Shown one piece after another: positions 1-7,677 of a DNA stretch of 16,956 nucleotides (positions are counted from its first letter, which is position 1; each line of letters begins with the position of its first letter). Origin of the DNA: Promethearchaeota archaeon (GTDB lineage: Archaea > Asgardarchaeota > Lokiarchaeia > Sigyniarchaeales > SOKP01); assembly GCA_048941265.1 (NCBI GenBank), contig JBHLNT010000083.1, positions 1 to 16,956 on the forward strand. The letters are read 5' to 3'. The translations under genes were made by a program, and so were the position numbers. Under the pieces are notes generated by a model. That model saw only the letters and a list, made by a program, of their open reading frames with translations. It did not search any database and had not been told where the DNA came from.

Positions 1-1
1 T

Positions 2-379
2 TTCGATAAAGGAGAAGATCTATTCAAGAAATTAAATGAAAATGATTCTATATCACCTTTTAAACTCCTTTTTTGTGATATTTTTCATGAAAGAATTAAG
101 AGAGATGTGTTTAAAAATAAATGTAATGAACTAAAAAAAAGTGTAAGTAATTTTAATAATTTTAAAGAAAATTTTAAAGAGCTTAATTCTAAAATTCTAA
201 ATTTTCAAGTTCTAAGAGAAAAAATTGAAAAATATCAAAAGCTCTTAAAAAGCGGAAATTTAAAGATGATTAATGAAGAAAATTTGGAAGATTTTAGACT
301 ATTCCGCAGTTTTTTTCCATTAAACGTTAACTCTGAATATTTAATAAATATTAAAAATAGAGCCATTATTAAATTATAA
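2..379 (+). CDS. Hypothetical protein, 5'-truncated by the window edge (C-terminal ~125 aa, helical/coiled-coil-like)
   Basis: The frame of ORF 107..379 is open back to position 2 (FDKGEDLFKKLNENDSISPFKLLFCDIFHERIKRDVFKNK...), so the GTG at 107 is probably internal. Stop TAA at 377-379. No motif recognised. Confidence 0.6.
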   Translation, partial: FDKGEDLFKKLNENDSISPFKLLFCDIFHERIKRDVFKNKCNELKKSVSNFNNFKENFKELNSKILNFQVLREKIEKYQKLLKSGNLKMINEENLEDFRLFRSFFPLNVNSEYLINIKNRAIIKL

Positions 380-390
380 AAGTAAATATT

Positions 391-747
391 ATGGAATCAA
401 GAAAGATAATAGAACTAATGATAAAAGAAATAAAATATAATAGCTTCATAAACATTTCAGAATTTTTCCAGAATAATAATTTAAAAAACATTAAAATAAA
501 GGATTTAGTTAAAGAAATTGAGGAAAAATATAGTAATCAATTAATTGTGGATTCAAAGAATACAGAAGTGTATTCATATGATTTAATTTATAACTTTTTT
601 AAGCTAAAATTATTCAAGTATTTGGAGACGGGAGATGACATGGATCTCAGTTCAGATGATTTTAAACCGTTTAAATCAGATAGTTTGATCAAGATTTTTA
701 GCGTTATAGATTCGGAGTTTTTTACTTACTTATTAGAAAATATTTAA
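391..747 (+). CDS. Hypothetical protein, 118 aa
   Basis: ATG 11 nt after the upstream stop, co-oriented with neighbours, host-like composition. No confident family assignment. Confidence 0.65.
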   Translation: MESRKIIELMIKEIKYNSFINISEFFQNNNLKNIKIKDLVKEIEEKYSNQLIVDSKNTEVYSYDLIYNFFKLKLFKYLETGDDMDLSSDDFKPFKSDSLIKIFSVIDSEFFTYLLENI

Positions 748-792
748 TTCATTCACAAAAGCACTTATTATTAGAACAAACCTTTAGAAAAA

Positions 793-2304
793 ATGTCAGT
801 AGAATATAACGGTGAAAAATTTAATACTGAAAAAGATAAACGTACTGGACTATTAACCCTTAAAATAAGAGCGAAAAACGTCACAAATATTACTGAGATT
901 AATGGTTTAAGCAAATTAACTAATTTAGAAGAATTAGATCTGTACGGTAACAAAATTACAGAGATTAAAGGATTAGAAAATCTGATAAATTTACAAACTT
1001 TAGATTTGGGCAAAAATAAAATCACTGCTATTAGTGGTTTAGATACTCTTATTAAGCTAAAAGAATTAAGTTTTTACTTAAATCGGATCTTAGAGATAAA
1101 GGGATTAGAAAACCTTATTAACTTACAAAAATTACAATTAGGAGGAAATAAGATTAAGGAGATTAAAGGTTTAGAGCATCTAACCAATTTGCAAGTTTTA
1201 TTTCTTGGTAAAAATCAAATTTCAGAGATAAAAAGGTTAGAAAATCTGATTAATTTAAACAATTTAGGTCTCTCAGAGAATCAAATTTCTGAAATTAAAG
1301 GATTAGAGAATCTGATTAATTTAGAAATATTCACGCTAGCTAATAATCAAATTGCTGAAATCAAAGGATTAGATAACTTGAACAAATTAAAAACCTTGCA
1401 ACTTCATGAGAATCAAATTTCTGAAATAAAAGGATTAGAAAACCTTGTTAATTTGCGCAGTTTATGGTTAAGTGATAATAGAATTACTGAGATAAAAGGT
1501 TTTGAAAATCTTACAAATTTACGCGAGTTATGGTTTGAAAATAATCAAGTAGCCGAGCTGAAAGGACTTGAAAATCTAAAAGACTTGGAAACTTTATATC
1601 TTAGAAATAATAACATTTCCGAGATTAAAGGGTTGGGAAATTTAGATAAATTATTATGGTTGGATCTTTATCAAAATCCGGTATATGATTGGACAGTAAA
1701 GAAGTTTGGTAAATCTGACTTTCGAGTCCTTGAAGAACATCACATGCCCTATGTTATAGCATATTGCAAAAAAATTGATGAAAAACAAAAACAAGTGCCT
1801 TCTATTATTGATACAGGTGATCTTGAGAAATTCTTAATCAATCATTTTGAGAGAAAAATTAATGAGAAATTCGACAAGGATTCATACGAAATTTTTGAAG
1901 CCAAATCTCCAGCTATTGGTTTTATTACTTTAGTGAATGTAGATCCATGGCTTTGGATAAAATCCCGTTTGAATTATAGAGGAGCGAGGTGGAATCCAAC
2001 AACGGATCGAGTATTGGGAGATAGATATGAAGCTCATGAGTGGAGAGATTGGATCGGATTGGTTGAATCAGCACCTACTAAAGTATCACGACCAGAGGAA
2101 CTTGATGAATGGGCGCTCCTCGCCACAATTTATCTACGAGAATATACAGATACGGGAGATTGGGGGAGACACCAAGGGCGCTGGGTTTCGGATTTAAAAG
2201 AAGATGGCACAGCGATCATATATATAGCAGAAGGTGTTTTTCACGATGTTTCTCCTGAAAAAGCGACAAAGATAGAACATTTAAAACTGAATAAAAGAAA
2301 ATAA
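793..2304 (+). CDS. Leucine-rich repeat protein (SDS22-like 22-aa repeats) with uncharacterised Trp-rich C-terminal domain
   Basis: Eleven complete 22-aa repeats of type xNLxxLxLxxNxIxEIKGLENL, plus irregular first and last repeats ending LDLYQNPV. These are followed by a cap (VIAYCKK) and ~170 aa of non-repeat sequence. No signal peptide or TM helix visible. Confidence 0.93.
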   Translation: MSVEYNGEKFNTEKDKRTGLLTLKIRAKNVTNITEINGLSKLTNLEELDLYGNKITEIKGLENLINLQTLDLGKNKITAISGLDTLIKLKELSFYLNRILEIKGLENLINLQKLQLGGNKIKEIKGLEHLTNLQVLFLGKNQISEIKRLENLINLNNLGLSENQISEIKGLENLINLEIFTLANNQIAEIKGLDNLNKLKTLQLHENQISEIKGLENLVNLRSLWLSDNRITEIKGFENLTNLRELWFENNQVAELKGLENLKDLETLYLRNNNISEIKGLGNLDKLLWLDLYQNPVYDWTVKKFGKSDFRVLEEHHMPYVIAYCKKIDEKQKQVPSIIDTGDLEKFLINHFERKINEKFDKDSYEIFEAKSPAIGFITLVNVDPWLWIKSRLNYRGARWNPTTDRVLGDRYEAHEWRDWIGLVESAPTKVSRPEELDEWALLATIYLREYTDTGDWGRHQGRWVSDLKEDGTAIIYIAEGVFHDVSPEKATKIEHLKLNKRK

Positions 2305-2342
2305 TTTAATTACATTGGCAAAAAAAATAGCAAAAAATCAAA

Positions 2343-4598
2343 ATGAGTAAGAAAGAGATAACTGGAGAAAAAAAAGAGTATGTAATGATTAAAGGGAGTA
2401 AATATAAAAGAAAATATAAGGTTAAAAACGGAGTATTAGATTTTAATCATTTTCACCTTAGAGATATAACAAAGCTTACTGGATTAGAAGATCTTACTAC
2501 ATTAAGAGAATTATATCTTCGGAGTAATGATATTGAAAAGATTGAAGGACTAGAAAAGCTTACTAAACTAGAGGTTTTGAATCTTAAAGAGAATAAAATT
2601 AAAGACATCGAAGGATTAGCTACACTCAAAAATTTAAAAATTTTAGACATAAGTATGAATCTAGGTGCCAGAATTAAGGGATTAAATACTCTTGTGAATT
2701 TGAAAAAGTTAGATTTAGGCAATATAAGGTTAGAGAAGATAATAGGGTTAGAGAATCTAAAAAATCTCGAAAATTTAGACTTGTTTGATAATTATCTTAC
2801 TAAAATTGACGGCTTAGACACCTTAACTAAATTGAGAACTTTAAATCTTAAACGAAATCGTATTGAAAAGATAAGTGGGTTAGAGAGCCTTACTAAATTA
2901 GAAGAGTTAAATCTTGGAGAAAATAAAATCACAGAAATAACTGGTTTAGAATCCCTCAAAAATTTAAAAAGATTAAATCTTGCTTACAATCCAATCTCCG
3001 AAATCAAAGGATTAGATGAGCTGAAAAATTTAGAAGTGCTAAACTTAAATAATAATCAAATTTGTGAGATTAAAGGCTTAGAAAATCTTATTAATTTAGA
3101 ACGCCTTTTTATACGCGCAAGTCCCCATGAGGGTGCTGTAAAAATTACAGAAGCAAAAGGAATTGAAAATCTAACCAACTTAAAATATCTTATATTAGAA
3201 AATCATTTTCTTACTGAGATTAATGTAGAGAATTTAACTAAGTTAGAAGGATTAGGACTTAGAGATAATCAGCTTACCAAAGTTAAAGGTCTAGGAAATC
3301 TAACCAAATTAAGATCTTTAATAATTGATGGGAATAAATTTACCGAGCTTGAAGGGTTAGAGAATTTACTAGGCTTACAAGAATTAAGAGTACAACATAT
3401 GGGTGAATTTTCTAACAAAATTCATTCTATTGGAAGAATAGATACATACTTAGATGTTAAATATGTCTATAAAGTCGTAGAATATTACCGTAAGAAGAAG
3501 GGTTTACCTTTATTGCCTAAAGATACCTATCGCGGACAAGAATTACCTCCTGAAGAGATTAAAGCATTAAGGGATTTGGAGTTATTGGTAGGAAGACCAA
3601 TCCATCTAATATCACATCTGGACTCTTTTTATCCGGGTGTAGGATTTAAACTTGAGAATGGACATGTTACAGCATTAAGGATTTGGAGTGTACAATTTAG
3701 GAGCGGAAGGGTAGGGGTAGAAAAATCGATTAAAATCATCCCAACCTCAATTGGAAACTTAAAAGCCCTGAAAGAACTCGATTTAAGGTATCATTTATTT
3801 ACGACCCTTCCTGAATCTGTAGGCAACCTCAAATCACTACAAAGGTTAAACTTGGAGAGAAACGAATTAAATACGCTCCCAAAATCGATTATAAATTTAA
3901 CATTACTTGAAGAATTAATAATGAAGGAAAATAAATTAATTAAGCTTCCAGGGTCAATTGGAAAGTTGAAATCCCTCCAAAAATTGGATTTAGGAAAAAA
4001 TGAATTGAAGGTTACTCCAGAATCAATAGGGAATTTAGAATCTCTCCAAAATTTAAATTTATCTTCTAATCAAATCAAAAAGCTCCCGGAGAATATAGGG
4101 AACTTAAAGTCCCTCCAAAAATTAGATTTAGGAAAAAATGAATTGAAATCAATTCCTGCATCAATAGGGAATCTAAAATCGCTTCAAACTTTAAATATAT
4201 CTTTTAATCAACTCAAAATGCTCCCAGAAAATATAGGAAACTTAAAATCTATTAAAGAATTAAAATTAAGATACAATGAATTAAATACTCTTCCGAAATC
4301 AATCATTAAGTTAAGACTACTTAAAGAATTAGATATACAAGGAAATAAGTTAAGTAAACTGCCTTTGTCTATATTAAAGATATCATCACTCAAAAGACTC
4401 AATTTAGCTAAAAATAGTATAACTACCCTTCCAGAGTCAATAAAAAAACTCATATCACTGAAAGTACTTGATTTAGAAGGAAATGCGTTAGCAAATCTTC
4501 CAGAAGCGATAAAAGCTTTAAAAGAGAGGGGTGTTAAAATCTATTTTACCGCTGAAGATAAAGAACCTCCTGATTATTACTATGATATGACTAAATAA
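2343..4598 (+). CDS. Two-block leucine-rich repeat protein (SDS22-like 22-aa block fused to a 23-aa LPESIGNL-type block)
   Basis: About 14 repeats of ~22 aa (e.g. TKLEELNLGENKITEITGLESL), cap VVEYYRKK, second N-cap EEIKALRDLELLVGRPI...GFKLENGHVTALRI, then ~11 repeats of 23 aa (e.g. KSLQKLDLGKNELKSIPASIGNL) and C-cap ALKERGVKIY. Confidence 0.95.
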   Translation: MSKKEITGEKKEYVMIKGSKYKRKYKVKNGVLDFNHFHLRDITKLTGLEDLTTLRELYLRSNDIEKIEGLEKLTKLEVLNLKENKIKDIEGLATLKNLKILDISMNLGARIKGLNTLVNLKKLDLGNIRLEKIIGLENLKNLENLDLFDNYLTKIDGLDTLTKLRTLNLKRNRIEKISGLESLTKLEELNLGENKITEITGLESLKNLKRLNLAYNPISEIKGLDELKNLEVLNLNNNQICEIKGLENLINLERLFIRASPHEGAVKITEAKGIENLTNLKYLILENHFLTEINVENLTKLEGLGLRDNQLTKVKGLGNLTKLRSLIIDGNKFTELEGLENLLGLQELRVQHMGEFSNKIHSIGRIDTYLDVKYVYKVVEYYRKKKGLPLLPKDTYRGQELPPEEIKALRDLELLVGRPIHLISHLDSFYPGVGFKLENGHVTALRIWSVQFRSGRVGVEKSIKIIPTSIGNLKALKELDLRYHLFTTLPESVGNLKSLQRLNLERNELNTLPKSIINLTLLEELIMKENKLIKLPGSIGKLKSLQKLDLGKNELKVTPESIGNLESLQNLNLSSNQIKKLPENIGNLKSLQKLDLGKNELKSIPASIGNLKSLQTLNISFNQLKMLPENIGNLKSIKELKLRYNELNTLPKSIIKLRLLKELDIQGNKLSKLPLSILKISSLKRLNLAKNSITTLPESIKKLISLKVLDLEGNALANLPEAIKALKERGVKIYFTAEDKEPPDYYYDMTK
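3972..4247 (+). repeat. Intragenic tandem duplication, 2 x 138 bp (each unit = two 23-aa LRRs)
   Basis: tccctccaaaaatt[g/a]gatttaggaaaaaatgaattgaa starts at both 3972 and 4110. The encoded 46-aa units are 37/46 identical by manual alignment. Confidence 0.85.
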
Positions 4599-4642
4599 AG
4601 GTTCCGAGTTTATAATAGCTCATTTCATGGAATTGAATTTAG

Positions 4643-4689
4643 TAGTTAACATTTAATAGTAGATTTTATTCCTTAAATAATGTTAACTA
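4643..4689. promoter_or_regulatory. Intergenic inverted repeat (11-bp arms, 25-nt spacer); candidate regulator site or hairpin
   Basis: tagttaacatt (4643-4653) and aatgttaacta (4679-4689) are exact reverse complements. They lie between the LRR stop and the dehydrogenase start. Function is inferred only. Confidence 0.35.
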
Positions 4690-4782
4690 AGTCGAGTATA
4701 TAACGATGTGATATATGAGTCTGTTCTTAGAAGAAAAAAAACTTTTCCTAATTTTTATTTTTATGTTCTCCTTATTTTATTT

Positions 4783-5826
4783 ATGATTATTAAGCCACGT
4801 TTTGGTAAATGGCTTGCGGTTGATATTTTAGATTCAATTGATAAATATGTTCTAATTACTATGGAAGAACCATGGAACATCATTGAAAATAAAATTTCGA
4901 ATAAACCGGCATATTTAGAATTTAATTACGACATGTCAATAGAAAGCTTAGAAAAATTTTACATTAGTTTTGAACCATTTATTACGGATGATCACGCTAT
5001 TGTGGGCATGGGTGGAGGTACGGCGTGCGACTCGGCTAAGTTCTTGGCTTGGAAATTTAAAGAGGAATTCAATTTTAATTGGGATTTATACCTTATCCCT
5101 TCAATTATTTCTGTAGACGCTTTTCTATGTTCTTCGATTGCTGTTAGAGTCGATAATAAGGTTAATTATGTTGGTGAAAGTAATCCAAAGGACATCATTA
5201 TCGATTATGAATTAATTAAAGAGGCTCCCAAGTCTCTAAATAGAGCGGGTGTTTCGGATACAATATCAATAGCATCCGCTTTAGGTGATTGGTTAATAGC
5301 AAGAGAAGAAACAAATGAAAAATTTAATCAAGATGTCTTCAATAAAGCCGAGAAAATCGTAAATGAATTGATGAGTGCAAGAAAAGAAATTAGAAATGTC
5401 ACTGAAAACGGGATAAAAGCCTTAGTGAATGGTTTTTACGAAGAGGTATCACTCTGTGAAAATTGGGGCAATGCAAGACCAGAAGAAGGAAGTGAACACT
5501 TTCTTGCATATTGTTTAGAATCAATTACTCACGATCATTATATTCATGGGAATTTGATAGGAATGAACATTTTAATAAGTCTCTACTTACAGCATCAATA
5601 TGCTCAGTTCGCTTTGGACCAAGTAAAACAATTTTTTGAAGATATCCAGTTAAGTTTCACAGCAGAAAGTCAAAATATCTCCTATAACAATTTGAGAACT
5701 GCACTAAATCAAGTTAAAACATATGTTATTGATGAACAGTTATTTTATTCGATATATAATTCTCCTAAATTAGTTTTAGACAAAGAAAAAATTGAGGAAA
5801 TTCTCAGTTTTATTAAATTTAGTTAA
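4783..5826 (+). CDS. sn-glycerol-1-phosphate dehydrogenase-like (EgsA/AraM; Fe-ADH/DHQS superfamily) metal-dependent NAD(P) dehydrogenase
   Basis: Motifs GMGGGTACDSAK (GGG..D..K), PSIISVDAF, AGVSD, RPEEGSEH (cf. RPASGSEH) and IHG supply the Asp/His/His metal ligands. ATG at 4783 (MIIKPRFG, 347 aa) is preferred over GTG 4708, whose 25-aa extension looks like translated T-rich intergenic DNA. Confidence 0.75.
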   Translation: MIIKPRFGKWLAVDILDSIDKYVLITMEEPWNIIENKISNKPAYLEFNYDMSIESLEKFYISFEPFITDDHAIVGMGGGTACDSAKFLAWKFKEEFNFNWDLYLIPSIISVDAFLCSSIAVRVDNKVNYVGESNPKDIIIDYELIKEAPKSLNRAGVSDTISIASALGDWLIAREETNEKFNQDVFNKAEKIVNELMSARKEIRNVTENGIKALVNGFYEEVSLCENWGNARPEEGSEHFLAYCLESITHDHYIHGNLIGMNILISLYLQHQYAQFALDQVKQFFEDIQLSFTAESQNISYNNLRTALNQVKTYVIDEQLFYSIYNSPKLVLDKEKIEEILSFIKFS

Positions 5827-5962
5827 CAATCTGTAGTAAAACACAAAAGAATAAAAAAAAGATTGAGAATAAATCTCGATTTTTTGAATAATATTGGATT
5901 TTATATAATTAACTTGTTCAATTAAGTCTTATTCTTATAAGAAAAGATACTTTTTACTAATT

Positions 5963-6940
5963 ATGACGATTGATTACAAATTTCCGGTAATTGATGGCCA
6001 TGTGGATACCGTGTATAAAATCCCAAAAGATAAACGAATTTTTTCGGAACTTTCTGAAGTAGGACATTATGATCTTCCTAGGATGGAACAAGGAAATGTA
6101 CAAGCGGCGTTATTTGCAATATATCCCACATACTCTATGAATTATATTTTAAAATCTCTTGATAATTGGTTTCGACTTGTTGTCCAGCCAGCAAATGGTT
6201 TAATGCAGATTAAAAATCTAAGCGATTTTAAGAAAGTGCTAGATATAGGAAAAAAGGGAGTTATACTTCACTTTGAAGGTGCTGGTGGAATAGATAAAAA
6301 CTTTCGGTTTCTGAGAATTGCTTATCAACTCGGCTTAAGAACTCTTGGACTAAGTTGGGCAAATGTTAATAAATTTGCTACGGGAGCCATGTTTAAAGAT
6401 CCTCAAAAGAAAACAGGATTGACTAATAAGGGCAGAGAATTAGTTTCTGAGGCTCAATCATTAGGGATTACGATTGATGTGTCTCATTTGAATGAACCAT
6501 CTTTTTGGGACGTTTATGAGGTGGCACAAAAGCCAATTTTTGCTTCGCATTCTAACGCGCGTTCCATTGTCGATCATCCGAGAAACTTAACAGATGATCA
6601 GATCAAGGCTATTCATGAAATTCATGGTACAATCGGGATTAATTTTGGTATGGAATTTCTGAATGCTAAACAACCAGGAAAAGATGATTTCGAAATGGGA
6701 TTTGGACCCATCAAAAAGCAAATAGATTACATAGTTGAAATAGCGGACATTCATACAGTAGCTATAGGTTCGGATTTTGATGGAACCAAAACTCCGAATT
6801 GTCTTAAAGATTGCTCTAAATATCCTGATCTTTGGAATTTCCTTCTTGAAAACGGCTATAATAAACAAGATATTGAAAAAATATCACATGAAAACTTGAT
6901 GCGCCTATTTAAAGATACTTGGAAAAACAATTCTTTTTAA
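5963..6940 (+). CDS. Membrane/renal dipeptidase family (peptidase M19) metallo-dipeptidase, cytoplasmic
   Basis: Motifs IDGHVD, HYDLPRM, LHFEG, GLTNKGRELV, IDVSH, ASHSN, HPRNLTDDQI and IGSDFDG. Confidence 0.93.
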   Translation: MTIDYKFPVIDGHVDTVYKIPKDKRIFSELSEVGHYDLPRMEQGNVQAALFAIYPTYSMNYILKSLDNWFRLVVQPANGLMQIKNLSDFKKVLDIGKKGVILHFEGAGGIDKNFRFLRIAYQLGLRTLGLSWANVNKFATGAMFKDPQKKTGLTNKGRELVSEAQSLGITIDVSHLNEPSFWDVYEVAQKPIFASHSNARSIVDHPRNLTDDQIKAIHEIHGTIGINFGMEFLNAKQPGKDDFEMGFGPIKKQIDYIVEIADIHTVAIGSDFDGTKTPNCLKDCSKYPDLWNFLLENGYNKQDIEKISHENLMRLFKDTWKNNSF

Positions 6941-6959
6941 AATTTTTAAAAAAAAAAAA
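6935..6959. terminator. Probable bidirectional oligo-T terminator region between convergent genes
   Basis: T-runs on + at and just after the dipeptidase stop, and an A12 run at 6948-6959 (T12 on the - strand) ~30 nt past the stop of 6990..7622. Consistent with archaeal U-tract termination. Confidence 0.4.
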
Positions 6960-6989
6960 TAATTTACTACTTTTTCCACTTATCTTGAT

Positions 6990-7622
6990 TTAATTTAAAA
7001 TATTGGATTTCATTAGCTTATTTTTGTTATATTTAATATATTCTATGGCTGGATTAGATTTTAAAATTGAAAAAAATATCTGATTAAATTCTTCATTAAT
7101 ATCTTTTACAATCCATTGATCTCCAGTTTCTTTTATTCTCTTGTTTATAAAATCTGCTAATAAACCTCCGAGTCCAGGGATCCGTGATTTAAGCCCCTTA
7201 CTTACTATGTATTCATGAACTTTTCTTATTTTTTCACTCCATTTATCCCAGGTTACGTTAAATATAACCCAATCAACTTCATAAGCATGAATTTTATTAG
7301 GATCCTTTACATTTTCAGAGATAATCTTTGAATTTTTGTTTTCGCTGACTTTTTTATAGGAAATATTAAGGATCCTTGATTTATTCCTAAATTCAATCTC
7401 ACCATCCTCACTTATAAATTTCTTAAACTCTTTTTCGGGTATCTCAAACAATTGAAAACATTGAATTACTGCTTCTTCCATGATTTCATTGGGATTCTCT
7501 ATTGTTTTTATGACCTCATCGAATTTTTCTTTCATCTTAATTTTATATTCAGCAGAAATTTCTTCCCTTGAAATAAAGAATGTTGAGAATGCAAAACTTG
7601 AGTTTCCTCTTACATCGACCAT
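6990..7622 (-). CDS. Hypothetical protein, 210 aa, soluble
   Basis: Long ORF with ATG start, last of three co-oriented minus-strand genes. No motif recognised. Confidence 0.75.
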   Translation of the reverse strand: MVDVRGNSSFAFSTFFISREEISAEYKIKMKEKFDEVIKTIENPNEIMEEAVIQCFQLFEIPEKEFKKFISEDGEIEFRNKSRILNISYKKVSENKNSKIISENVKDPNKIHAYEVDWVIFNVTWDKWSEKIRKVHEYIVSKGLKSRIPGLGGLLADFINKRIKETGDQWIVKDINEEFNQIFFSILKSNPAIEYIKYNKNKLMKSNILN

Positions 7623-7677
7623 ATAAGAATTTCACTTTTTATATGCTAAATAATTTAATGAGATATATATTATGATT

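Noticed and set aside
377-393. Frameshifted single gene joining 2..379 and 391..747
   Set aside because: There is a clean stop followed by a separate ATG, and no homology evidence that the two parts belong together.
1940-2304. LRR C-terminal domain as a diversity-generating retroelement target
   Set aside because: No reverse transcriptase and no template/variable repeat pair differing at adenines is visible in the window.
771-4453. Minus-strand ORFs 771..1025, 2453..2722 and 4208..4453
   Set aside because: Antisense shadows of the LRR genes; their periodicity simply mirrors the LRR codons.
900-4500. 66-bp and 69-bp periodic DNA repeats as a possible CRISPR array
   Set aside because: The repeats are degenerate at synonymous positions, in frame, and fully explained by 22- and 23-aa LRR units. 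No cas genes are present.
4708-4782. Hydrophobic N-terminal extension (possible membrane anchor) on the dehydrogenase
   Set aside because: It derives from a T-rich tract after a GTG. ATG 4783 gives a family-typical length of 347 aa.
5932-5943. Perfect 12-bp palindrome ttcttataagaa upstream of the dipeptidase
   Set aside because: Almost all A/T in an AT-rich spacer and not noticed elsewhere in the window, so chance cannot be excluded.
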